From Adineta vaga (lineage: Eukaryota > Animalia > Rotifera), in the NCBI GenBank assembly GCA_021613535.1, contig CP075495.1, positions 14,198,001 through 14,262,000 of the forward strand: a DNA stretch of 64,000 nt, read 5' to 3'. The translations under genes and the position numbers were made by a program. A model generated the notes under the pieces. The model did not search any database and was not told the origin of the DNA. It saw only the letters and a program-made list of their open reading frames with translations. Below, piece by piece: positions 26,301 through 39,502 of the stretch (position 1 is its first letter; every line of letters starts with the position of its first letter).

Positions 26301-28960
26301 CTCGAAGATGTTGAACATCAAGTTGGTGGATTAACCAAAGCTAAAACACAATTACAACAACAATTATCTGAAGCACAACGAACAATTGATGAAGAATTAC
26401 GTGGCAAAGGTTCAGTTAGTAAGTAACACTATTATTGATAAATTATTATTATTATGATGATGATTGAAAACAAACATATATTTAGCTTCACAAATACGTA
26501 ATTTAACTGCTGATCTTGATCAAACACGTGAACAACTTGAAGAAGAACTTGAAAGTAAAGTTGATCTTCAACGACAAGTAACAAAACTTAATTCAGAAGT
26601 ACAACAATGGCGATCTCGTTATGAATCTGAAGGTTAATATAGATTAGTTTACAAAATTTTCATTTACCTTACTTTCTTGAAATAGGTATGGCTCGTACCG
26701 AAGAACTTGAAGAAGCTAAACGTAAATTAGCTGCTAAATTAGCTGAAGCTGAAGAACAAGTTGAAGCAGCTTTATCAAAATGTAATGCTTTAGAAAAAGT
26801 TAAAACTCGTCTTCAAGGTGAAGTTGAAGATCTTATGGTTGATGTTGAACGTGCTAATGCTAGTAAGTAAAACAAAATAAACATTATTTGTTAAGAATCA
26901 TATTTATGAATTCGTCAGATGCTTCAACAATGGATAAAAAACAAAAACAATTCGATAAATTGATCAATGAATGGAGACAAAAATGTGAAGATATTACTGT
27001 TGAATTAGAAGCTTCACAAAAGGAAGCACGTCAATTTTCAACAGAATTATTCAAAATTAGAAGTCAATATGATGAATCACATGAACAAATTGAAGCACTT
27101 CGTAAAGAGAATAAGAATTTAGCTGATGAAATTAAGGTAATACAATTATTTATATTGTAAAAGTATTCATTGACGATCATTTTCTTTTAAATATAGGATC
27201 TTACTGATCAATTAACCGATGGTGGAAAAGGGTAAATGTGTTATATCAATTAATCTTCAAGAACTTATTTGTTTTTTTTCTATAGAATACATGAATTGGA
27301 TAAAGCTCGTAAACGTGCTGAATTAGAAAAGGAAGAAATTCAACTTGCCTTAGAAGAAGCTGAATCAGCACTTGAACAAGAAGAAGCGAAGGTTCTTCGT
27401 GTTCAAATGGAATTGAGCGGTATTCGTCAAGAAATTGATCGACGAATTCATGAAAAAGAAGAAGAATTCGAAACAACTCGACGCAATCATGCACGCGCTA
27501 TTGAATCAATGCAAGCCAGTTTAGAAGCAGAAACTCGCGCTAAAGCTGAAGCACTTAAACAAGTATACATCGATCATAATATCATAAGATTTTCTTCTAA
27601 ATCTACTTTTTCTTTTCGTTATAGAAAAAGAAACTTGAATCAGACATCAACGAACTCGAATCAGCATTAGATCATGCTAATCGTACAAATACTGATTTAC
27701 AAAAATCACTCAAACGACTTCAACAAGCTACATCGGAATTACAAGCTCAGGTTGAACATGAACAACAACAACGTGATGAAGCTCGTGAAGCTGCTTTAAA
27801 TGCTGAACGTCGTGCTAATATTATTGCTGGTGAACTTGAAGAATTACGTACAGCTTTAGAACAAGCTGAACGTGCACGTAAAGCTGCTGAAAGTGAATTA
27901 CATGATGCTGCTGATCGTATTAGTGAAGTTAGTACACAAAATGCTACATTATCATCACAACGACGACAACTTGAATCAACTGTTGCTGCTATGCAATCTG
28001 ATTTAGATGAAGCTGTTGCTGAATTGAGAAATGTTGAAGAACGTTCAAAGAAAGCTGGTAAGTCGTCGATATGATAAATATAGGTAATGGCGTACGATGT
28101 TTAACATATTTCAGAAGCGGATACTACTCGTCTTGCAGAAGAATTACGTAGAGAACAAGAACATTCAATCGGTGTTGAACGATTACGTAAAGGTCTTGAA
28201 CAACAAGTTAAAGATCTTCAAACACGTCTTGATGAAGCTGAAGGTAATGTTCTTAAAGGTGGTAAACGTATTATTGCCAAACTTGAACAACGTGTAAGTA
28301 GTATGAAATGAATTCAATAGATTTAGACATGTATGTTTTATCGTTAGATCCATGAATTGGAAGGTGAAAATGAAATGGAACAACATCGTCATCAAGAAAC
28401 ACTCAAAGAATTACGCAAAAATGATCGTCGCTTGAAAGAACTTGTCTTTCAAGTTGAAGAAGATCGCAAGAATCAATTACGTTTACAAGATCTTTCAGAA
28501 AAATTACAAAATAAGATCAAAGTTTACAAACGTCAAGTTGAAGAAGCTGGTTCGTATTGTTAACATAATGTTTTAACAGATTGAATTCAACTGAATTATT
28601 TTATTTGTCTATTCTAGAGGAAATCGCTGCACTTAATTTGGCTAAATATCGTAAAGCTCAAACAGATCTTGGTAAATAATCTTGAAAATATATAAGACAT
28701 AACATATGTATGTAACTGTTCTTTTTCTATTTATAGAGGATTCAGCTGAACGTGCTGATGTTGCTGAAAATCAATTGGGTAAATTACGTGCTAAAAATCG
28801 CTCGACTGTTAGTGCCGGTCGTACATCAGGCGTAAGTTGATGAACATCAGATAATGATCTACTAAATTAGAAGATTTGTTGATTTTAGGATGATTATCGT
28901 GAATCAACTGCCGCACGAGCTACTTCTATGGTTCGTAGTAGTTCTGTTCGTCCACGTTAA
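20359..28960 (+). CDS. Muscle-type myosin II heavy chain, many exons
   Basis: N-terminal SH3-like ([16 protein letters not shown]), P-loop [33 protein letters not shown]...[20 protein letters not shown] region, long coiled-coil rod; stop TAA 28958-28960. Confidence 0.97.
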
Positions 28961-29372
28961 ATATCCTAAGAGTATAGATATAAATATCATTGTGTGTACG
29001 TGCTTTTCCTCTTTATTTTGTCAACAATGTCGTGTGTTTGTCTCTTTTTCTTCTTAATTGTCTTTATTGATTAGTTGATTACATGTTGCTGTGACTTTCT
29101 CTAAGCATCATCTGAAATACATAGACAAATAAATATCGTTAGTAATGACATTTTACAAAATCTTTATTTAACACAATGATGTTTATAACGAAGACTATGA
29201 CCAAGAATGAAAGATCTAGACATATTCGATTATATCTAATTCTGTACGAAAAAAATATGTCATTGTATTGTTTCTCAGCTATGATTCAATTACATGTGAA
29301 GAAAATCCTAGTCGTAGTATGCAAATGACATGAATACTTTATCTACATGTAAAGAAAAGAAAAAAAAAGTAA

Positions 29373-29444
29373 TGCCTCCACGCAGGATCGAACTACGGAC
29401 CTCCAGTTTACAAGACTGGCGCTCTACCACTGAGCTATAGAGGC
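29373..29444 (-). tRNA. tRNA-Thr (anticodon TGT)
   Basis: GCCTCTATAGCTCAGTGGTAGAGCGCCAGTCTTGTAAACTGGAGGTCCGTAGTTCGATCCTGCGTGGAGGCA forms a cloverleaf with anticodon arm CCAGT-CTTGTAA-ACTGG and GTTCGA T-loop; oligo-T terminator directly downstream. Confidence 0.97.
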
Positions 29445-30507
29445 ATGTTGAATGTTTTTATTAAATCTAATAAAATACTTATTAAACAATAGTTTTATTC
29501 TTAATAATTGAACCATCAATAGAGAATATACTTACTATGATATCACAAGTGTCGCAAATCAATGCATAATGTAATCCGTTCGTCATATAAAATCAACAGA
29601 TTTGTAAGAGAATGATGTGAAATGTAAAATGCTTTGAAGGAAGAAACTATACTCACTATTTAGATTATTGTCTGTGAATACAACCAGCTGTACTAAGTTT
29701 ACTAAAATCTTCAATGATATGCATTTTCTTCTATAATAACAGTATCATTTTCTCTCATTCGATGTTTTAATGTAAGTATTGACATCTCAATAGGTTCTTT
29801 CGAGTATAAATGAATTATGATCGAAAAGTGTTTATAATAAAATTCGATCTACTTTATCTTGATAAACGACTAATGATAAATAATTTCGTGTCTTTTATGC
29901 CTTGCACGATTTCACATATAACCGAAGTATTATGTGCAATAAGAAAAGAAGTTTTGACACTAAAAAAACTTTAATTTATACCATCTAATGTCGCAATCAT
30001 TATATTTACCAAACATAAAGCAATGTTTCATGTAAAGTAAAGAATGATCTTTGTTCTCACTGGATTTATTATTATTAATATGAAGTTATCGATCATCTAG
30101 ACGTCGGTTTCTTTATATCTTGTTTCAATCTTTTGGAGAAACACATTATTAATGATAACGTTCGCGATTGATAAATCTTTACTTTTATCACAGTAAATAA
30201 TATATCTATTTTAAAATTAATTGATGTTTTTAAAATCTATCATTTCACCTCATTTTCTATTCAAACTCATGTATTCATACATTTACATCAGTTAATTCTT
30301 TGTTATGCTAAACAAATCGGATAGATGTCGTCTATTTACTGATGGGAAAACATCGACATGCGTGTCGTATTTGTTTCAATGATGCACCAATTATGAATTG
30401 AAGTGAACTCTCATATGTTAGAAACAATCAAGAGAAAACATAGCTGCAGAATTTATTCATTCTAATTCATTTTTTCTGAATTTTCAGATGTTCATAATTA
30501 AAAAACA

Positions 30508-33500
30508 ATGAGTTCATCTCAACAAGAATTTCTCTTTTTTGACACCATCGCTCATGATGGAGAAATTGAACAGGTTACACAACACACAACAAAATATGTT
30601 GTTCTAATTCATTCTATTTTTTCTTCAGGTTCTTCAAGTTGATGAAATTAAATTTGATCAGCCAGTATATATCGATGAAATTCGTATCATACCTTCTGGT
30701 TATAATGTAACTGGTTTAGAAAAAGGAGCCACACGGATGGGGTAGGAAATACATTTTATATTATTTCGAAAAAATATGTGATGATTTATTTGAAATTTCT
30801 TCAAGAGCGACAAAGCCAATGCCATGTGAATTGGAATTTTATGGCAAAAATCTCAATACACGATCAAATCGTGATCGAGTAAGATACCGACGATTGGGAA
30901 AGTAAGATAATCAATATTTTGTTTTTGGCTAATTATTCGGTACAATTTTATATATAATTTAGGAGATTATTTCGTGATGAGAACGATATGATTTACTATC
31001 CAAGACTATCTGTAAGTTGAATATGAATGGTATTGTAAAACAAACGTTTTTTTCTTCTAAACTCAGATTCCAACAGATTCAATGATTATCAAAGGAAAAT
31101 ATGATGCTATAACAGTAGCTATTGTTGGTGTTCTAGCGCGTCCAAAATCTCCAGTAATTACGAGATAATATTGCAGTTAATATTGAAAATACTCTATATA
31201 AATGTATTTTTAGCCTCCACGTCATGATCCACCTAGCAATAACAAACAAATTGTTGATTTTTTACAATCAGCTTTACCTCCTCATCGTGCACATCCAATG
31301 GATACACTTCCATTAGCTATGGTTCCACCTCAAACTACATCCTCTGTACCATTCGCTGCACAACAACAACAACATCCACATTCCTCATCTGCAATAGAGA
31401 ACGCTTCTCCATCATCTTCAGCACATTCTGATGGTGTCTGGGTTGCTCCACCTGAACAACCACCAATAAGACCACAGTCACAAGTGACTGGTAGTTTTTC
31501 ACATCTTCAACCACAGAGATCAATGACAAATTTTGCCGGATCATCACAATTACGTTTAAACGGTAGGAAATTGAACAAAAGCAATGCAATTACTTAATCT
31601 ATTATATTTCCAATATAGATGAACATTTGCTTGATTATGGGCATCAAACATCTCAACCAGTATATTCTTCAAATCGTCAAGATGATCAACAACAAGGATC
31701 AACAATGCGTTCACAACCTACATCAAATTTTAATTCTCGACCACAAACACGTACTAATTATTCTCCATCGTAAGTCGAAATAAATCTTTGATATTTCTAC
31801 AACTGAACGTGTTTTTCTTCTTCTAAAGAGATAAAGGACTTGAAGATATGGATGAAAAATATACAAGAATACCGACACAATATCGTCCTAGTAAATTATT
31901 TTATCATTAAAAAAAAATAGTTCTTATTATTTTGCTAACATGATATCTTTTAGATCTTTCTGATCATATGACCGATGATACGAATTCAATTATGAATGCT
32001 AGTGGTATTCCTTTAGTTACTTCACAGTTTTCACATTTACCACATCTGAATAGTAATATTAATAAAAAAGACGATGATCGACTTTTTCTTCATCCATCTT
32101 GTATCAATGATAATCATCGACGTGGACAAGAAACATATGTGATACCAACAAATAATGGCAATACTATTCAACAACAAATGTCAAGTGTATGTAGTGTTTA
32201 TGATTGATTGATTATGATGAAAATAACAGAATATGTTGAATTTAGGATGGGGATTCATATATGTCCGATGATAATACATCAGAAAGTGAAGAATCAAGTG
32301 TTCATGGTGTATTTTTCAATGAAGATGAACAACAAGCATTTAAAGTATGAAAATAAATCAATTGATATTGAGTGTTGAATAGGAATAAAAACTGATCTAC
32401 TATTTTTCTAGCGTGATGTGTTATACAATACTCGTGTTTCAACTCGTTTCACCGCTCTTAAAGTAACTAAACAAATGAATGGTCATAAATTCTGTTGAAA
32501 ACTATTTATTCTTTTAGACATTTCATACGACAACGAAAACATCTTATGAAATCGAATGTGAAAAAGCTCATCATTATAAATATCGTCAAGCTAACGAGGA
32601 ACTTGTTCTTCATTTTCGCAAAGTCCTTTCCCATGCTACTATTGATCATTGTGATCTTGCGTAAGAATAAGATTCATTTGTTTTTATCTCTACTTATTCA
32701 AATTTATAGACTTCTGGAATCATTAGAATCAATCTGTACAATTCTACCTATTGCTTTAGCTTGTTTAGATTCTAATGAAGAACTAAGTATGAACTTTGAT
32801 TTTGTTTGATTTTGTTTTTCAAATTTTAATTATAGTTCCAGCAATTGAACGTCTGACTGAATGGGCTTTGAAATTAATCAATATTGAATATATTATGACA
32901 AAACAATTTACTGAATTAAAAGATACATTATTTAAAATTCGAATTCTTAAATGTGGTATTCGATTATGTGGACATTTGAGTGTGCTGACAGAAGAAATAT
33001 CTAATGATTGGATTGTAAATTGACTTTGTTTGGTTGCTTAAAGTTATACAGTGCTTTTCCTTTAGAAAACGGATTATCAATCAAAATTATTGGATTTATA
33101 TGAGGATGAATACCTTGCACCATCAGTGAAATTATTGATTATTAAAATATTTGATCAAGGTTTATTTTTCAAATCAAGTTTACTTTGGTTCACTGGTAAG
33201 AATTTGATAAAACTAAAAAGAATTTGAACTAGTTGTTTTTTCTCAAGGTCAACATTCAGATTTTCCTTCTAACACTCGTGAATCACCGTATTTTCGATTG
33301 ATACAAAAATTACATAATGGAACTGAGGTATAATTTATCATACAGATCAATAATATATTCTGAATTTTGTTTTTAGTTGAAACAACCCATTGCATTAATT
33401 CATTGTTTAATACGAAAGCTTCATCTGAATGAAGAATTTCTTTCATTTCACACTCAAATCAAAATGTAAAAAAGTTGTTTTATTTCTTTACAATATTCAT

Positions 33501-36500
33501 TGATTGTTCTTTTAGTTTATCTTCTGATGAATCTCCATGGTCAATAAATGATCATAAAATCAATTTCAACGAATTTCTCACATCTCTTGCAACAATTCGT
33601 GATGTTTTAATTAATTCATCGGATCTTTTATCTCAAACAAAATCATCACGTCTCGTTCCATTTCAAACTATTCTTCCTGTCGTTTTTTCCAAACAACCAA
33701 ATCAAGAAAATTCATGGCCTTCAATATTACGTATGATGACTGAAAATGATTTTCTCAAATCTATCACTGCTCTCATCCATTTATGTGTTGTAAATCAACG
33801 ACAAGATATTTTCCATATTATAGAAGATATTTTTCGTGAATTTTTAAATTCATTGGATGGATTGATTTATTTAGCAAATCAAACATCAACACCAAATGGT
33901 TTATTAAAAGCTCTTTATTTTGCGGTAAGAACCGTTTGTTTTCTGATTTTGAGAAAATAACGATTGTTTTTGTTGATTAGGAAACGAAATTTGTTGGTAT
34001 TCATAATGATCCCGTTGGTCCACAATTAATGTGTGCATTTCAAATATTGGGTTATATTGATGAATTGAAAGTTCTGAGTTTAAAAGATGATTTAGAATTA
34101 GATAATAATGATGTTCTACAAGTTCTCCATTGTATTCTTTCTTTAATATTATTTCATCATTATGTAAGAAAATTATCAAATAAACGTCGAATTATTGTTC
34201 GTGTATTTGCAATGGAATCAAATCTTCATTCATTATTACATTTTCTCGATTTCTCCGGTAGGTTTTTTATGTTTTGTTTTTGTTTCTTTCATCTATAATC
34301 AATAATTTCAAATAGGAGATGGTGAAACATTGAAAAATAGTATTCGAATACGTTATATTGCACGAATTATCTATGAATTATTTGCTACATCAGATTCAGT
34401 TTTATTATTAGAACAATATGGTCTTCGTCTACTTGATCTATGTGAAAAACGTAAATGAATTTTAAAAGATTTTTCTTCTTTTCTTCTTATATTGATTGTC
34501 ATAGATTCTAATCAACGATTGGTTCGTCTTCGAAATTGGTTTTTACCATTACGAACAATACAAACATTTGATTATCGACAAGAAACTGCAGAAAATCTTA
34601 TAAAAGAAGTTAAAAATCAAATGAATGAATCGAATAATTCAGGAGATTTATCACCTGCTCTTATGACTCTTTTACGTCTTATACAACATTTATCAATTCC
34701 ACCAGAAACTCAATTTGTCGTTGGAGCAAAAATTGAACTCAAATATGATTATATGCTTTTAAAATTCTATAGCAATGGAATTTATTCTTTATTAATTAAT
34801 ATTCTTGAAGTAAATCATTCATTATTCTTTCCTAGAAGAAAAACAAAACGCAAATATTTCTTTTGTTTATCGATTAGAAATGTGCAGATGCTTTATTACG
34901 TCCATGGCAAACTGGTATTCCGATGGTAGTTCATGATCGAATTGTTATCTATGGAATACTTATTCCCACTTTGATTATATTCAAAACAATCTTACAAAAA
35001 TTAATTGTCGATCGAAAGACTAAAGTAATTTATTATCCTTTTTAATTCTCACTTTTTTTTCTAAATTGATTTTATTCACGTAGTTTGTTGATATAACACC
35101 GATTCATGCACTTTTTTCTGTTTATACTGTAACACTTTGTGCACCATTACCAATTGAATTAGCTGATGTAGATATTATACGAACAAATTTAATTGATTCA
35201 TTTCATGTCTATACTTGGTCAAATCAGTCAGATATAGAACAAAGTATAGAATTTAATCTTTTGAGTTGAATGACGATGTTGAATATTTGATTTTAGTTAA
35301 TGTTCAAAATTGTGCTTGGACTTGTGTTCTACGAGAAATCCTTCGTTTAACTATACTTTTTCCATATTCAATGACAAGTGGTTTATGTTTACTAACAGAA
35401 CTGTTACCAATTCCATTACCACTTACTGTTCGACAGGTCTTGATAAATATTTCTCAAATTCATACAATTTATCTTCTGCTATATTTTCTCTCTCTCTCTC
35501 TCCTTATTTTAGCCTTTAACAGAAAACGAAACAAATGCTATGAAAGATGATTTTCATCGATATCATACTATACTTCATTATATATGGATTCATGATGACA
35601 ATCATATTCTACAAAAAGTAATTCAATCACTTAGCCATACATCAAATTCTATGATGCAAGAAATTCTTCGACGTTTCTGCATGCAATTAATCGATTTAGG
35701 TTCTAAATTAGCAAAATTTGTCATGAAGTAAAGCAAAGGATTCTTCGTTTTTTGTTCTTCAAATAAAAATTCCTTTCATTTCTTAGAACTTTAATGGATG
35801 AACTTATATCAAGTTGGAAGAATGATCATAGTGAAATAGTTAAACTATCAAAACAATCAATTAGTGATTCCACTCGTTTAGTAACATTTATTGCTTCATT
35901 GACTGCTATTCGATCGGGAAAATGTGCTCTCTTATCACTTCTGTAAGTTAATTTCTTTTGTTTTCTTGATTTTATTTCCAAGTTTTATTTAATAGAAATT
36001 TTTCCGATGAAAAATATACGAATATTATTCATGATATTATTGAATATCTTCATACAAGAGCAGAATCAAATGAAACATGTCTCTGTCAAGAAGCGACAAT
36101 GGTTGGTTGAATAGATTTAAGAAATATTATTGAATTCTTTTTAATTTTAGTCAATTATTCAAACATTATGTGATGCAAATCTATCACTTTCATCAATAAA
36201 ATCTTCAGATAATTCTTTACAAGCTCTTGCCAATGCATTACCTAATCAAGAACTTCTATCTTATATCTTAGCGAATATTCTTCGATTATTATCTTCAACA
36301 AAACAACAACAAACATGGACACAAACAACAATGGGAATTCGTACAATGATTTCACTTGCTGAACATGATTTTGGTTTACAAATGATTCGAATGTAAATTG
36401 AATTAAAACTAATCTTCTCTTTATAAATCTTTTAAATTTTAGAGCTTTAACACAAAATAAAGAAGTATTTTGTACATTAATCGCCGAATTTGATCTTCGA

Positions 36501-38415
36501 TTTGATAAAGAACAACCTGATTATCTCGAAGCTGTTTCTACAACAATGATATTTCTTCAACGACTTATGACAATTGAAACCATTCCGGAATCATCGTGAG
36601 AATGAATTAATTTAAATGTATTGATAAATTTCTTTTCTTATCTTTAGTTTTGTTCGTACACAATGTTTACCAGTTTCATTCTTTCGTGAATTCTTAGGTG
36701 TTTCATCGACGGATGAGAGTCAGTTAGAAAAATTTATCGACTTAATCAATGCTGTTGTCAATGATGTAAGATTAGAATTGAAATTTTCATATTAATTATC
36801 TCATTTTTCAATTCAAGGACTCATCAAGTAATGAGAACAAACAACAAATCAATGGCAATCCGGATAGTTTAGAACAAAATGAAGAAGATCAACAATGTTT
36901 ACAAACATTACAAAAAATTTTTGAACGTGCAAATGGAATTATTCAATCACTTAAATCAAACGAAAGCAAACAAGGTTTGTCTTGTTTTTTTGGACGTCTA
37001 ATTCCTAGTTTTCTTTTGTAATAGAAATCTCGTCGAAGAATGATATTAACCTACCAAAATCTGAATTAATTGATATTCAATTTCGTAATCGTCTTATTTA
37101 TACAATTGTTAATGATTATACGGATGATCAACGAAGTTCAGAATTGTATTGGCTTGGAATACCTCCACCATCAATATTAGATGATGTGGATTATGGTCAA
37201 GATGAATCAATAACAAATCTCGATGAAATAAATGAAAAAGTATAGGAATGATAATCAAATTTATCTTGATGTTTTCATTTTTATTTTCATAGATTAAATG
37301 TGATTTGGAAGATTTCATTGGTAAATATTGTGGAACATTCAATTTCTTTGAAGAATATAAAAAAGAAATCATTGATAAAATTGCGAGAAAACGAAAGTAA
37401 ATAATTTTATTCTTTTCTTCAAAATTTTACTTATAAATTTCTTTCTGAAGATCATCATCAAAGAAACGTACTGTACCAATAGTTGAACCAGCAGTGAATG
37501 TTGATACATCGATAATTACAACGAGTGTTTCAAAAAGTCGAACACCATGGAGTGCACCAATGCGTGGCAATAATCGTCGTAATGTTCGACCTGGAAATAT
37601 CAATCCAAATAATCCGTCAGGTGGTGGTGGTGGTGGTGGTGGTGGTGGTATTCGACGTGTTGATCATTTTCGTAATCGTCCATTGAATACAAGCCGAACC
37701 ATCCATGCATGTTGATGAATATGAGAAACAGTTTAATGATAATACCAATGGAAATAATGGCACAAATTCATCTTCATCAGCAAATAATAATAATGATAAT
37801 AATAATAATGGAGGAAATAATGGAAATGAAAATGATTTACTTTCTACAATGCAATCATCGAATGATGGTGGATCTGATCGAGTAAATAATTTGAAAATTT
37901 TACAATCATATATGATTTTCTTTTCTTATTTAGGATCGATGGTCTCGACGAGGTAGTGCACCAAATTTTCGAGTTAGTTCCCTATCAAATCATCGATATC
38001 CATTCTCAACAGGTAATCTTGGCTATTCAGGTTAGTTATCTTTATCTCAATGATCTTGTATATTTCTAATTTCCTCTTTCTACGTCTATTCAGGTGCAGG
38101 TTTTAATCTTCGAGATCGTTTACCTTATGGTTATCCACCATCATCACGTTATCCGTATGTATATTCTTTATTCTATATGAAATTTATCTATGAATTAATT
38201 TATTGAATTAGTGCATTTGAAACGGATTTTCCGCCACCTTATTTTATTGGAGATGAACTTCCTGATGAACGTCCTTATGATTATTATCCAATGAGTATGC
38301 CATTTGATCCAATTCGGTAAGATTCTTCACTTATATTTACTTTCTTCAATCATTTTATCAATTAAATAGATATCGCAGTCATTTTGGTCGATATGATCCA
38401 AGTGGATTTCATTAA
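30508..38415 (+). CDS. VIRMA: Virilizer / VIRMA (m6A writer complex subunit), many short exons; apparent frameshift at ~37698
   Basis: N-terminus FLFFDTIAH...VDEIKFDQPVYIDEIRIIPSG matches the VIR_N domain; TELLPIPLP; near the C-terminus DHFRNRPLNTSR/PSMHVDEY matches the conserved D.FR.R..NTSRPPSMHVD motif. Confidence 0.88.
37620..37649 (+). repeat. Pure (GGT)10 coding repeat (poly-Gly) in virilizer
   Basis: ggt x10 seen directly. Confidence 0.9.
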
Positions 38416-38781
38416 TTCTTCGTTTTGTTTCGTTTTTTCTTTCTTTCTCTCTCTCTCTCTCTGTATAAAATTATTTATCAAAGAAATAAATGTTTAGCTA
38501 CTGTGCAGCTATAAATCATTCAATCAGCTCTAATTCTTGCCTTTGTACTTGTTATCTGTCCCTTTGAATAAGCGATTTTTCGATCTAAAAGAAAACATTA
38601 ATCTTAATTAATTGAATGTCATATCAAATATCGTATTTTACGTACATATTTGAAAATCGTATGATTAAGTATGGATTTAAACGAAAACAACAAGTATCAA
38701 TTGACAAAAATATGATATAAAAGTCGATCAAAGAAATGAATTTATTTTACTGCCTTTCTCAGAAACGAAAAATATATAACA

Positions 38782-39314
38782 ATGCAATCTATTGTAATCC
38801 TTGCTCTTATTGCTATTGCTGCTATTCAAGCTGCACCAAGTTCACCAAAGATTGACAAAGCATGGGGTGAACCACGAGGGTAAACTTGCTTATGTTCTTT
38901 ATTTTCTCTTAAAAATAATATTTCACGAATAGATCGACAATGACAGAAGCCGTCAAATGTTTATTTCTTGTTGGTCCATTTGATTGTGCTAAGGCTAAAA
39001 CTGATGCCGATAATGCTGCTGCAGCTGCTCGTGAAAGTTATCCAGCTGATACATTACACAACGGTATTGGTGATGCATTTCGTCATTGTTATTGGAATGC
39101 ATTGATGACATTGAGTATTGGTCGTAATCAAGCAAAAAAAGTTGCTGACCTTCATGAAGATAATAATACAACTGGACCATTGACTGAACGTGAAATGGAC
39201 TTGAGAAATAATGAAATTGGTCGACAAGCTGGTAGTGAATCGAAGAATGCTGATGAAGCTCGTGCTAAATGTCATACATATGTTAGTACAGGTCACTTAA
39301 CATTAAAACCATAG
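38782..39314 (+). CDS. Small secreted DUF6973-like protein (bacterial-type motif); exons 38782-38879 and 38933-39314
   Basis: Signal peptide MQSIVILALIAIAAIQA; phase-2 53-nt intron; core DAFRHCYWNALM...HE...EMDLRNNEIGR. Confidence 0.8.
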
Positions 39315-39502
39315 ACATATGTGAAAGTATGAAAAAATAAATAAATAAAATGTTTTCTTTTGAGATTCACAGAGATGATTTTGTTTCGTATATTGTTTGA
39401 AAATGAAAATGCAAAATATTCCAAAAAAAAGGAATGAAAATATAATTAATAACGAAATAAACAAATAAAAGAAAAAGATCAAATTTATAGAAGAAAAACG
39501 AA

